Of a DNA stretch of 64,000 bases, positions 20,493 to 29,460 are shown piece after piece. The notes beneath the pieces are model-generated. The model saw only the letters and a program-made list of their open reading frames with translations, was not told the DNA's origin and did not search any database. The stretch comes from Acidobacteriota bacterium (GTDB lineage Bacteria > Acidobacteriota > Blastocatellia > UBA7656). The first letter of the stretch is position 1. Each line of letters opens with the position of its first letter. The position numbers and the translations under genes were made by a program. Location: assembly GCA_016201275.1 (NCBI GenBank), contig JACQDB010000114.1, positions 32,111 through 96,110 of the forward strand, in the 5' to 3' direction.

Positions 20493-20966
20493 CTATCGTA
20501 AATAGGCGGAAATCTTTTCGATGACCTGTTTAATCGGCAAGGTTTTATGTATGTAGCCTTGCGCCTTGTGTTGGATCACTTTCTCGCTGAGTTCGGATTC
20601 GCTTAGGGAAGAGTAAAAGAGAACGGGAATACTTGCGATATTAGCGCTAGATTTGCTCCTTTTGATCAGCCCACATAGTTCAGGCCCATCAAGTAAGGGC
20701 ATCTCAATATCAAGCAGGATCAGATCAGGCTTTTCACGAAATATGGTTAGGATGGTTCCAGACACTTGCGTAAGCGCCACAACTTGATAACCGGCTTTCT
20801 GTAGATGAAATTCGAGCGTTTCAACAAAGGTCGGGCTATCATCCACAATTAGCAGTTTAGGTTGTCGGTTGGATGGTGGGATGCTTTTCGGTGTTAGGTC
20901 ATCTAGCTCTGTCTGAGTCTTTTGGCTCAAGCCAGAATCAGTTGGAAATATTACTCTGGTCTTCAT
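20493..20966 (-). CDS. CheY-like single-domain response regulator
   Basis: Receiver domain with conserved Asp pocket (LLIVDDS...LLDIEMP) and conserved Lys. Confidence 0.85.
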   Translation of the reverse strand: MKTRVIFPTDSGLSQKTQTELDDLTPKSIPPSNRQPKLLIVDDSPTFVETLEFHLQKAGYQVVALTQVSGTILTIFREKPDLILLDIEMPLLDGPELCGLIKRSKSSANIASIPVLFYSSLSESELSEKVIQHKAQGYIHKTLPIKQVIEKISAYLR

Positions 20967-21303
20967 AACTGACTATGCCCCCTGCCAGGAATCAAGAGTA
21001 AATCGCTCAATAAGAATTGAGGATATCCCAATTCACGGCAAACCCTTATTTGCTCGATATCAAGTTGGGGGACAAGTTCTCTTTACCAGTAACATCCTGA
21101 TGCAATGCGTCCACCATAGACTAGGTCTCTTTACTTGTCTAGACAAAAGATGGTGTCGTCTCATATCCCATGAAAAGTGCGACTTGAGGCAGCATAGACT
21201 TTCCCCAAAACTGACGAAACTGCTCAACCGGATTTGCCTCGCAGGGAATTAGGAGAATGGCCGGTGGATAATGCTCGGCAGGGCTGTAGCGTTACAGGGG
21301 ATT

Positions 21304-24141
21304 TTAGTCCTTCTTGCGCGACAGAATTTCGATGCCGCTCATCAAGCCTGCGCCGAACATCAAGCCTTCAATAGCGCCGAAGAGAATTTCGCGGGCGTGC
21401 TTCAAACTGTCGGTGCTGAAATATGGCGCTAAGGGTTCCATGCGGATTTGCGAACCGGCGAAGGAACGTGCGATCACTTCCAGGCTGCCGCTGAAGAGAT
21501 TGCCGCCAATCACGGTTAATAAAATGCCCGCGCCCATCGCTCCTAATGCCGCGCCTAACACTCTTTGAAAAGGGCGCGAGTCCTTAATTAATTGGGTTGC
21601 CAGGACTGCGCCTAATGATAATCCCGCGCCGATAACCGCGCCTTCCAGCGCCCCTGTGATACCGCTTGGCGCACGCCCAAAGACCGCACGAATAATGTCC
21701 ACGCCTAAAAGATTGGTGATGCCGCCGACGGTTGCGCCGCCTGCCGCGCCGCCTATCACTGCCCACCAACGACTGTGCCGATAGGTGATGTGCGAGGCGG
21801 CTACCATGCCGTAGCTGACGCCCAGACCACCGATGCCGCCGATGAAAGCACCCAGGCTGATGATGACAAACATCAACGAAGCCGCTTCGATTGCCGTGGT
21901 GTGGCGAGCGATGGCCAGCGCCAGCCCCAGCATCACGCCGCCAACTAAACCGGAACCGGCTGCGCCCAGCGTGCCGCCTATGCCTTGTCGTAAAATCGCC
22001 TGCCCACCTCTGAGCAGGCGCACCCACATCAAACCGCCGACTACCAACAGACTCACCGGCGCAGCCAGATGCGGCAAGCGGATCAAACGTTTGTCATAAT
22101 CGCGTATCATCGCCAAAGAGATGGCGCGGCGAATGGTTCCGACTTTTTTGCGGTCGTGCGCTTCTGCCGAATCTGCCAGAACCTTGGCCACCTCGGTTTG
22201 AAAGCACTCGGCGAGCGCGATGCTGGCGGCTTTTCGCACCGCCAGTTCGTCGTCCCACAAAGCAAGATGGCGCAGCAACTCTTGGCTCTGTTGAGCTGGC
22301 ACATAAAGACAGGCGGCAATGGCGCACAAGCGAATTTCCGCGTCCGGCTGGCGCGCCGCTTCTTGAATCAACGCCGCCAGCGAAGGCGCGCCTGCGGCTA
22401 ACCATTGCGGCACGCTGCGTCCGCGATAGATCAAACTGGTTGCTAGTAAATCGGCCTCTTCGCCGGTCAAGCCAAGTTGATTGCCGAACGGCAACAACAC
22501 TTCGAGAGCGTCAACATCTATGAGCAATTGATGGGCGTGGAAATTTTCCATAGCGCGTTCCAGCACCCGCCGTGCTTGCTTCAAAGCGCGTTCATCTTCG
22601 CTCAACCAGCGCGACACTTCCGGCGTCAGAAAATCGTGCGCCAGTTCCAACCACGCTTCGCCGTCCTGATTCCTGCGCCGCACCACACGCGCCGCCACCA
22701 ACTCTTCGATCAAGGCGCTGACGGTGGACGCCGAGGGCTGCTGATTTTGCACTCGCGTTTCTACCCTTGCAGCGCGCAACACCAGTCGCCGCCCGTCAGC
22801 GGCAATCAAAGCTGTCAGTATCGCTTTGGCGATTTGCAATTCGGTGGCGTTGAACCGGCGCAAGACGCGCTCTAAATACCCGGCCAGAATTTGCGAAGCC
22901 GTCCCCAGCGCTTCATAGGCCGCCAGCGTCAAATGGCCGGTCGCATCTTTGGCGTCGAAGAGACAATCGCAGACGATTTGCAATTGCGGCGGGTCAACGC
23001 TGTGTTGATCGCTCAAATCATCGAGCAGGCGTTCGACCAGCGCCGTTGCAAATTGACAACCGACAGCGCGTGCCGGTTCGGTGATGGCGCGTGCCGCCTG
23101 TGCGCGGGGCAAACGCTTGAGGCGATATTCGTGATGAAAAATTTCCGGCAGAGCGATTTTGAATTGACTCATCTCGGCGAGAAAATCTTCGCGCAAGGCA
23201 AAGACGAATTTCACCGGCAGTGGTTCGGCGGCAGCTAAACAGCGCAAGGCTTCGATGAATTGTTGATGACTCGCTTCGTCCAGCAGCGAGAAGAACTCTT
23301 CAAACTGATCGAGAAAAAAGATGACAAAACTATTCGGCGTGTGGCGCGTTGCCTGCTCCAATAGGTCTTTCAATTGCGCCGCCTGCGCTTGCGGCGCGAA
23401 GCCATTTTCCGAAACGGCAACAGACGCTTCAATCCCGGCCTCTTCGAGGGCTTTGAGCATTTGATGCAGCGGGTCTGTGAAGCTGCGAATGACGAAGACC
23501 TGATGGCCTGCGGCTTTCAAACGCGGCAGCACACCGGCGCGCAGCACAGAGCTTTTGCCGACTCCCGAACGCCCGTGCAGTATGAAGGAACGCCGTGCCA
23601 GAATCTGCGAGCCGATTAATTCGATTTCCGTTTCACGTCCGAAAAAAAGCTCGCTGTCCTGCTCGGTGAAGTAGTCCAGAAATTTATACGGTCGTGGTGC
23701 AACCAGCCCTTGGTTTGGCGTTGCGCCTTCCGGCAATGACGGCGGACTGGCGTTGCTGACAGCGGCGCTGGCAAAGAGCGTTTCGCCGTGACTGGCAATC
23801 GTGTTAGCGATGAAGATGTAGCCGTGTTTGGGAACGGTTTTGATGTAGCGCGGATGGGCGGCGTCATCGCCAAGTTGCTTACGAATATCTTTGATACATT
23901 GCGTAAGCGCGGCATCGCTGACAAAGACGCCTTTCCAGATTTCCTCGAAGATGCGTTGTTTTTCGACAAGCTGTCCGGCTTCGCTGACCAGCAGCAACAG
24001 TACATCGAAGTATTTTGAGTTGAGCGGCAGCGGCGCGCTGTGGCGTCGCAATTGCCGATTGGCAACGTCAACGAAAAAGTCGTCGAAGTGATACCCTGTC
24101 GCCTGCATTCTGACTTGGCTCATGAAGTTTGATTTTCTCAC
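21304..24141 (-). CDS. multidomain regulator: OmpR/CadC-type winged-helix DNA-binding domain + STAND/AAA P-loop NTPase + HEAT-like repeats + C-terminal Gly-rich multi-TM region
   Basis: N-term trans_reg_C-like (FEEIWKGVFVSDAALTQCIKDIRKQL...YIKTVPKHGYIF), FFGRETE...GRSGVGKSS Walker A and hhhhD Walker B (FFLDQFEEF), HEAT-like helical repeats, ~6 TM helices at C-terminus. Confidence 0.7.
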   Translation of the reverse strand: MRKSNFMSQVRMQATGYHFDDFFVDVANRQLRRHSAPLPLNSKYFDVLLLLVSEAGQLVEKQRIFEEIWKGVFVSDAALTQCIKDIRKQLGDDAAHPRYIKTVPKHGYIFIANTIASHGETLFASAAVSNASPPSLPEGATPNQGLVAPRPYKFLDYFTEQDSELFFGRETEIELIGSQILARRSFILHGRSGVGKSSVLRAGVLPRLKAAGHQVFVIRSFTDPLHQMLKALEEAGIEASVAVSENGFAPQAQAAQLKDLLEQATRHTPNSFVIFFLDQFEEFFSLLDEASHQQFIEALRCLAAAEPLPVKFVFALREDFLAEMSQFKIALPEIFHHEYRLKRLPRAQAARAITEPARAVGCQFATALVERLLDDLSDQHSVDPPQLQIVCDCLFDAKDATGHLTLAAYEALGTASQILAGYLERVLRRFNATELQIAKAILTALIAADGRRLVLRAARVETRVQNQQPSASTVSALIEELVAARVVRRRNQDGEAWLELAHDFLTPEVSRWLSEDERALKQARRVLERAMENFHAHQLLIDVDALEVLLPFGNQLGLTGEEADLLATSLIYRGRSVPQWLAAGAPSLAALIQEAARQPDAEIRLCAIAACLYVPAQQSQELLRHLALWDDELAVRKAASIALAECFQTEVAKVLADSAEAHDRKKVGTIRRAISLAMIRDYDKRLIRLPHLAAPVSLLVVGGLMWVRLLRGGQAILRQGIGGTLGAAGSGLVGGVMLGLALAIARHTTAIEAASLMFVIISLGAFIGGIGGLGVSYGMVAASHITYRHSRWWAVIGGAAGGATVGGITNLLGVDIIRAVFGRAPSGITGALEGAVIGAGLSLGAVLATQLIKDSRPFQRVLGAALGAMGAGILLTVIGGNLFSGSLEVIARSFAGSQIRMEPLAPYFSTDSLKHAREILFGAIEGLMFGAGLMSGIEILSRKKD

Positions 24142-24236
24142 AGATTGCTCACACTCTGCTCATTTTTCTTGCGCCGATTGACGCTATACTGACACTTACT
24201 TACGCGAGCTTGGATGCCGGAATCAGCGCCCCCCTG

Positions 24237-24785
24237 ATGGAAAAATTCATGAGTATGAAATTCAAACCGTATGCTATCACAGCCGCCGCCTTGGTGGGGA
24301 TTGGGCTGCTGTTGGCCACCTATGCCGGGTTGAATCGGCGCAATCAAACCGTAGGCTTGAATCAGGAGATTCAATATGACGATTTCGGCTTCGCGGTGTT
24401 GGGGACGGTGAAGGCCAATGCGGTCGGCGGCTATGCGACGCAGCACAGCACCGAGGGGCAATTTTATCTGGTGACTTTGAAAGTGACGAATCACGCTCAG
24501 AGGGTAAATTACCGCTTCAACAAAAGCGCCGCTATACTGGTAGATGAAAGCGGCAGAGAGTATCCGATTTCCAGCGTCGGGCAAAAAGCTCTGGACGGCG
24601 AAACAACGCCAAGCGGAGGATGCGAATCTGAGCTTCCGCCCGGCGCTTCGTGTGTCGCCGATCTGGTGTTCGAGTTGCCGAAAGCGGCGCGCCTCGCCTA
24701 TGTGCGAATCTCCGAAGGCGGCGCGGTGGGCGATGTGCTGGACACGATTTTTTATGGCAAGAAGATGATTAAAGTAGGGGAGTGA
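24237..24785 (+). CDS. membrane-anchored hypothetical protein (DUF4352-like beta-sandwich, tentative)
   Basis: Single N-terminal TM (YAITAAALVGIGLLLATYA) then soluble domain; start uncertain (ORF track 24129). Confidence 0.5.
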   Translation: MEKFMSMKFKPYAITAAALVGIGLLLATYAGLNRRNQTVGLNQEIQYDDFGFAVLGTVKANAVGGYATQHSTEGQFYLVTLKVTNHAQRVNYRFNKSAAILVDESGREYPISSVGQKALDGETTPSGGCESELPPGASCVADLVFELPKAARLAYVRISEGGAVGDVLDTIFYGKKMIKVGE

Positions 24786-24910
24786 GGGAGTGGGGAGTAG
24801 GGGAGAAGGGGAGAAGATGCGATGGCGGAGTGGGAAAAAGTTGCGATGAAGAATTTTTCGACTGATAAAAAATCTCCTCCACTCCCGTACTCCTCCATTC
24901 CCCTACTCAC
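24782..24910. repeat. imperfect hairpin built from GGGGAG(W) heptamer-like repeats with complementary C-rich arm; contains G-quadruplex motif
   Basis: gggagtggggagtaggggagaaggggagaag ... ctcctccactcccgtactcctccattcccctactcac. Confidence 0.8.
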
Positions 24911-24931
24911 GGTTTTCTTTTTAATCAAGGA

Positions 24932-25741
24932 GTGAAATGCAAACCTATGGCTATGCGAATTTTTAATAAGTCAATCAGTGATGAAGAGTATCTATACCAG
25001 CAGCTTGATCCGGCAAAGTTGCCGACCCACGTCGCCATCATTATGGACGGCAACGGACGCTGGGCGGGCAAACGCAAGCTGCCCAGAGTTGCGGGGCATA
25101 GGGAAGGCGCGGAATCGGTGCGGACGATTGTCGAGACCGCTGCACGCCTCGGCATCCAGCATCTGACGCTCTTTGCTTTTTCCACAGAGAATTGGAAACG
25201 CCCCAAAATTGAAGTGCGCGCCTTGATGGATTTGTTGATGGAGTTCATACGCCAGGAGATCGCTACACTCAAAAAAAATAACATACGGTTTCAAATGCTG
25301 GGGCGCAGCGAAGGGCTGCACATTTCGGTGCTGGAACAGATACGCAAAGCCGAACTCTCGACCTTTCAAAACACCGGCTTGCAGTTGAACATAGCCATCA
25401 ACTACAGCGGACGCGCAGAGATTTTAGACGCCTGCCGCGAACTCGCCAGAGAGGTTGCCGAAGGTCGCTTGCAGGCCGCTGACATCAACGATGAAGTGAT
25501 TGCCAATAAACTTTATACCAGAGCGATGCCTGACCCCGACTTGTTGATTCGCACCAGCGGCGAAATGCGCGTGTCAAATTTTCTGCTCTGGCAAATTGCG
25601 TATGCGGAAATTTATGTCACCGAAAAGTTGTGGCCGGATTTTCGCACCGCCGAGTTTTATCAAGCTCTGCTTGCTTATCAGAAACGCGATAGGCGATTTG
25701 GCGGCATCAGTTTGTTGCAGGACGCCACCGCACCGCGTTGA
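24932..25741 (+). CDS. uppS: undecaprenyl diphosphate synthase (isoprenyl transferase)
   Basis: HVAIIMDGNGRWA, FAFSTENWKRP, and C-terminal RFG motifs diagnostic of UppS. Confidence 0.9.
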   Translation: MKCKPMAMRIFNKSISDEEYLYQQLDPAKLPTHVAIIMDGNGRWAGKRKLPRVAGHREGAESVRTIVETAARLGIQHLTLFAFSTENWKRPKIEVRALMDLLMEFIRQEIATLKKNNIRFQMLGRSEGLHISVLEQIRKAELSTFQNTGLQLNIAINYSGRAEILDACRELAREVAEGRLQAADINDEVIANKLYTRAMPDPDLLIRTSGEMRVSNFLLWQIAYAEIYVTEKLWPDFRTAEFYQALLAYQKRDRRFGGISLLQDATAPR

Positions 25742-25883
25742 GAGGCAACGCTTGAAGCAAACCTTGAACGCGCCGGACTCCTTGCCGAGGTTTGGCAAGC
25801 GCCTTGAAGGTAGCGCACAAAATGTTCACAGGCGCTAAACAAACGCCCGTTGACAACGGTAAAATAGCAGCAGGAGGTTTCAA

Positions 25884-26693
25884 ATGATGAGCATTCAATT
25901 CAAACTTGCTGTTCTACTTTTTGGGGTTTTGCTTTCCGGCGCAGCGAGCGCTTTAGCCCAGCAGTCCCCGGTGATTACTGAAAAAGAGTTGTTGAGAATT
26001 GCTCCGCGTCCGAAATCTGAGCCGCGTGCCAACCTCCCCGCAGCGGCGAAGGTGGCGGTCGAACCGGAGAGCGCGACCACGGCGGAAGAGCGCCGTCGCA
26101 ATGCCGAGATGGCGTGGTCTATACGGCTGCGAATCGCGCAGGAACGCGCCCGCGACTTGGAGCGCCGCGCCGATGCTACGGAACTGGAGATCAATCGCTT
26201 ACAGAACCGGCTGTTCAGTGGCGAACCGCGCCCCTCAAAAACTCAAGTGGAGTGGATAGCCAATATCGGAGAACTCACACGCGAGTTGCGGCGCTTGCGT
26301 GGCGAAGCGCAAATCGCCCGCGCTCAAGTTGAAGAGTTGCTCGATGAAGGCGTTGCGGCGGGCTTTCGCGCCTATGCGACGACGACCGCTTTGCAACTGC
26401 AAGAAGGGATGTCCGCAGGGCAATACTATCGCACTCGTGATGGCGAGTTGAAGACCGAGTTGAGCGATACAGAGAGGCGCGCCGAGGTGATGCAATTGCG
26501 TATCAACGACCTCAGCCGCCGTATCCTGCTGAATTCCGGCAGCGGCGACGAGTTCTATAATGCGCGCCTGCGCGACCGGAAAACTGATTTGGAGGTGGAG
26601 TTGTCCGCCTTGCTGACACGCGAAGAATATACCAATCGCAAGCTCGACGAGTTGCGTCGTCAGGCGCGCGCCGTGGGCATCTACTTGAATTGA
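25884..26693 (+). CDS. secreted coiled-coil protein (hypothetical)
   Basis: Signal peptide (LAVLLFGVLLSGAASALAQQ), Arg/Glu-rich heptad-like sequence. Confidence 0.6.
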   Translation: MMSIQFKLAVLLFGVLLSGAASALAQQSPVITEKELLRIAPRPKSEPRANLPAAAKVAVEPESATTAEERRRNAEMAWSIRLRIAQERARDLERRADATELEINRLQNRLFSGEPRPSKTQVEWIANIGELTRELRRLRGEAQIARAQVEELLDEGVAAGFRAYATTTALQLQEGMSAGQYYRTRDGELKTELSDTERRAEVMQLRINDLSRRILLNSGSGDEFYNARLRDRKTDLEVELSALLTREEYTNRKLDELRRQARAVGIYLN

Positions 26694-26783
26694 AGCCCTT
26701 GCGATTGGCACTCACCGATGACCCTCACCGCAGAGCCTACAGTTTGCCAACTTCGGATTGTGGGTGCAATAACCTGCAACCCT

Positions 26784-26814
26784 GTACGGGCGACCACCGC
26801 AGACTCGCCCGTAC
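26784..26814 (+). terminator. 10-bp perfect stem-loop downstream of 25884-26693 gene (possible terminator, no clear U-tract)
   Basis: gtacgggcga ...11 nt... tcgcccgtac. Confidence 0.35.
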
Positions 26815-27129
26815 AAGGCATGGGAAAAGTACGCAAGCCTTGCACTTTATTTCATCCATAATCTTTTAGGAAGGGCGTGAACAAGATGACTAGGCCGTAG
26901 GCAGTAGAAAGCCGCAACGAGGCAAAGATGGCCCCGCTGCAAGGTTCCGAAGCCTCAAGTGAGGACTGAACGTCAGAGCAAATAATGCTGATGGTTAGAT
27001 CAGTGGCCGTCTTTTCTCTTAGCTTCCTTTCATAGAACTCTGCATTCGACTGTAGCCGGGCTTTGTGCTTCGCATGAATGCCAGTGGGCTTAGGTGCGGT
27101 CAACTCTGGAGTAGGTTACCGAGGAATCA

Positions 27130-27429
27130 ATGAACTATATGCAACTAGACGCAATTGCCGAGCAGCTACCGAAGGCGTGGAGTTCGATCATCGTTGCCCA
27201 GGTCGGCGCGTCCAACCTGAAGGTACTACGCATGGACGGAACGCCATACGCGGAGGAGGTTCATCCGTACCCCGAGGCGCTTCTAGTCTTGAAAGGACAG
27301 CTTAACTTAACGGTTCAGGGAGTAGCGGTCACGGTAAGCGCGGGTGGCATCTATGTGGTTCCGGCTGGTATCGCGCACGGCGTCGCCGCAGGCAGCCAGG
27401 GCATACTGGTAATCATGGATGCTGCATAG
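27130..27429 (+). CDS. cupin domain protein
   Basis: 99 aa, two-His cupin-like beta-barrel pattern (EVHPYPEALLVLKG...VVPAGIAHG). Confidence 0.65.
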   Translation: MNYMQLDAIAEQLPKAWSSIIVAQVGASNLKVLRMDGTPYAEEVHPYPEALLVLKGQLNLTVQGVAVTVSAGGIYVVPAGIAHGVAAGSQGILVIMDAA

Positions 27430-28130
27430 TAGTTCGCGCTTCGGGGCGACAGTGCGCTACTGGCGTGGGGGCATCGCGTACCTGGGTCGTCAACAAGTGC
27501 CTTCCGTGCGTATCTATGCAAGAGCCGTAGTTTATCTCCTGCACTTTTTCAGGGCGCGAAGAACTGGCGCAATGAAATTCCAAGGGCTGCACCACGGGCT
27601 AATCTTCTCAATTCTTGCAGGGCAAATTTGCTGAGTCGCCACGTTTTTTTTCATCGGTGTTTATCTGTGGTTGCTTTGCGGTCGCTGCAAACTGGATGAC
27701 GCTGAAATTTTTGCCATCATTGGCGACAATTCAGAATTCTTTTTCTTGACAACCGGCAGCAGTTCTATAAACTTGTGTCGCTGTCCATTGTTTTGATAGC
27801 ACTTCAAGTGGAACCCAATCATTTTTTTGTGGTCTTTTACGTGATGAATTTTTTTGTTCACCCTTTCAACCTTGAAGCCGGTAACGGTTTCAAGCAGCAG
27901 CACAATCTTGTCAAGGCGTACCCGGTTCGATTCACTTCAATCGCAATTCATTGCCGTTGACGGGAGGATGCTTTTCTTTACGCGAAGCTTTTCCTCTTTG
28001 CGGCTTTGAGTCTTTCTCATTCAAACCCTTAGCAGGCCGAGGGCAACTTGCGCCCTTCGCCCGAAGGCTTTTTGATAATGCAACTCGACACCCAGTCCGG
28101 CGGCATTGCAAAAACCGAGAGGAGAATCGT

Positions 28131-29366
28131 ATGGCTTCTTTGACCGCGTTTTCTATCGTGCAACAGTTCATCGGCAATGACAGCAAAACCGCCGCCTCGC
28201 CGTTTGTCATTCCGCCCAACGTCACCTACACTGGCGCGAACTCTGCTTTCGCGGCGATCAACATCACCATCGCCAATGTCGCAGGCAGCAGCAGCGGCGC
28301 TTCCTGCAACATCGCCACCGGCGGCAACAATGTGGATTTTGCGCTCAACTGGTCGAATCAACAAGCTGTCGTCACCGTGCAACCGACCAACGTGTGGGCT
28401 GGCGACCCGGCCAAACGCGCTACCCTGCGCGCTTCGTTTGACGCTTTTCGCCAGCAACTGGAAACCCTCGAACTGACCAACAAATGCTTGAAACCCGGCG
28501 GCGCTTTTTTAGTCGCCCAGCGCGTCGCTGAATCCTTGCCGCTCTCTTTGGACGAGAGCCTGTATTATCGCTACAGCTTTGACAAGGTGAACAACTACAT
28601 AGACCTGCAACCCGGTATGCGCTTGCGCGTCGAATATTCTTCTTATCAATTCATCGCCAGTTCCGGCAGTTACAAAGCCCTGAACGGTTACGCGGGCAAT
28701 GGCGTAGGCTTGTACAACGTCGTGCGTCGCGCCGATCAGCGCGTCGCTTTTGACGCTTTTCTCGGACAATTGACGCCACCCGCCATAGATCAACCGTCGT
28801 GCGGTTTGCCCGGCGCTGGCGGCATCATTGATTTTCAAGGCGCAAATTCCGCCCGTCGTTATTACAGGCTTTTTTATCCGGCCAATTTTTCTGCGCCGGA
28901 TTGTCCGAACGGCGCAGGCATGGCGCGCAATGTCACCTTGATTGGCGCGGACACGCTGGCCGACTTGGCCAGTGCGACTACGAGTTTCGCTGGTGCCACC
29001 TGTGCGACTGCCGCGCAAGGCAATCAACCGATTCTCTGCACCATTTTTCGAGGCCGCGACATCGCCATACCCGAAGTCCTGGTGCGCTTGAATTATCAGC
29101 AGGTCTATGTTCCTGTAGGCGCTACGGTTCGCAATCTGGTTGACCAGTTCATCAACTCGTCGTTTACGACGGCGACGCCAACCATAGGCTTTTTCCCCTT
29201 CTTCAGTCTCTATCGGCAATGGGGGCCTCTGCTTGATTCCTCGTATCAACCGAGCGCCGTCAATTTTGGCGCGGTGGATACGACGACGTTGACCGCAGGG
29301 CAACAGGACGTTTTCGATTTGCCTGTGGTCAAAGGCGATGCCTTGACCTTGCCCAATCTTTCTTAG
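28131..29366 (+). CDS. hypothetical protein, paralog 1 of island pair (no recognisable domain)
   Basis: GAGGAG SD 7 nt upstream; shares long conserved blocks with 29461-30762 (FDAFR.QLE.LEL..CLKPGGA, LYYRYSFDK, PGMRLRVE, ARRYYRLFYP, NVTLIGADTL, GNQPILCT.FRGR). Confidence 0.8.
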   Translation: MASLTAFSIVQQFIGNDSKTAASPFVIPPNVTYTGANSAFAAINITIANVAGSSSGASCNIATGGNNVDFALNWSNQQAVVTVQPTNVWAGDPAKRATLRASFDAFRQQLETLELTNKCLKPGGAFLVAQRVAESLPLSLDESLYYRYSFDKVNNYIDLQPGMRLRVEYSSYQFIASSGSYKALNGYAGNGVGLYNVVRRADQRVAFDAFLGQLTPPAIDQPSCGLPGAGGIIDFQGANSARRYYRLFYPANFSAPDCPNGAGMARNVTLIGADTLADLASATTSFAGATCATAAQGNQPILCTIFRGRDIAIPEVLVRLNYQQVYVPVGATVRNLVDQFINSSFTTATPTIGFFPFFSLYRQWGPLLDSSYQPSAVNFGAVDTTTLTAGQQDVFDLPVVKGDALTLPNLS

Positions 29367-29460
29367 TCACAGTCAATGATGCGTTATGTCAAGGCGTGCC
29401 AACGGTGCGCCCGTGAAGGCACGGTTATGCAGCAGTGATTCGAGCAAGAGGAGAGCGATT

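Noticed and set aside
27740-27775. Sigma-70 promoter (TTGACA ... TATAAA) upstream of the island
   Set aside because: Hexamer spacing is ~14 nt, which is too short. I did not annotate it as a promoter.
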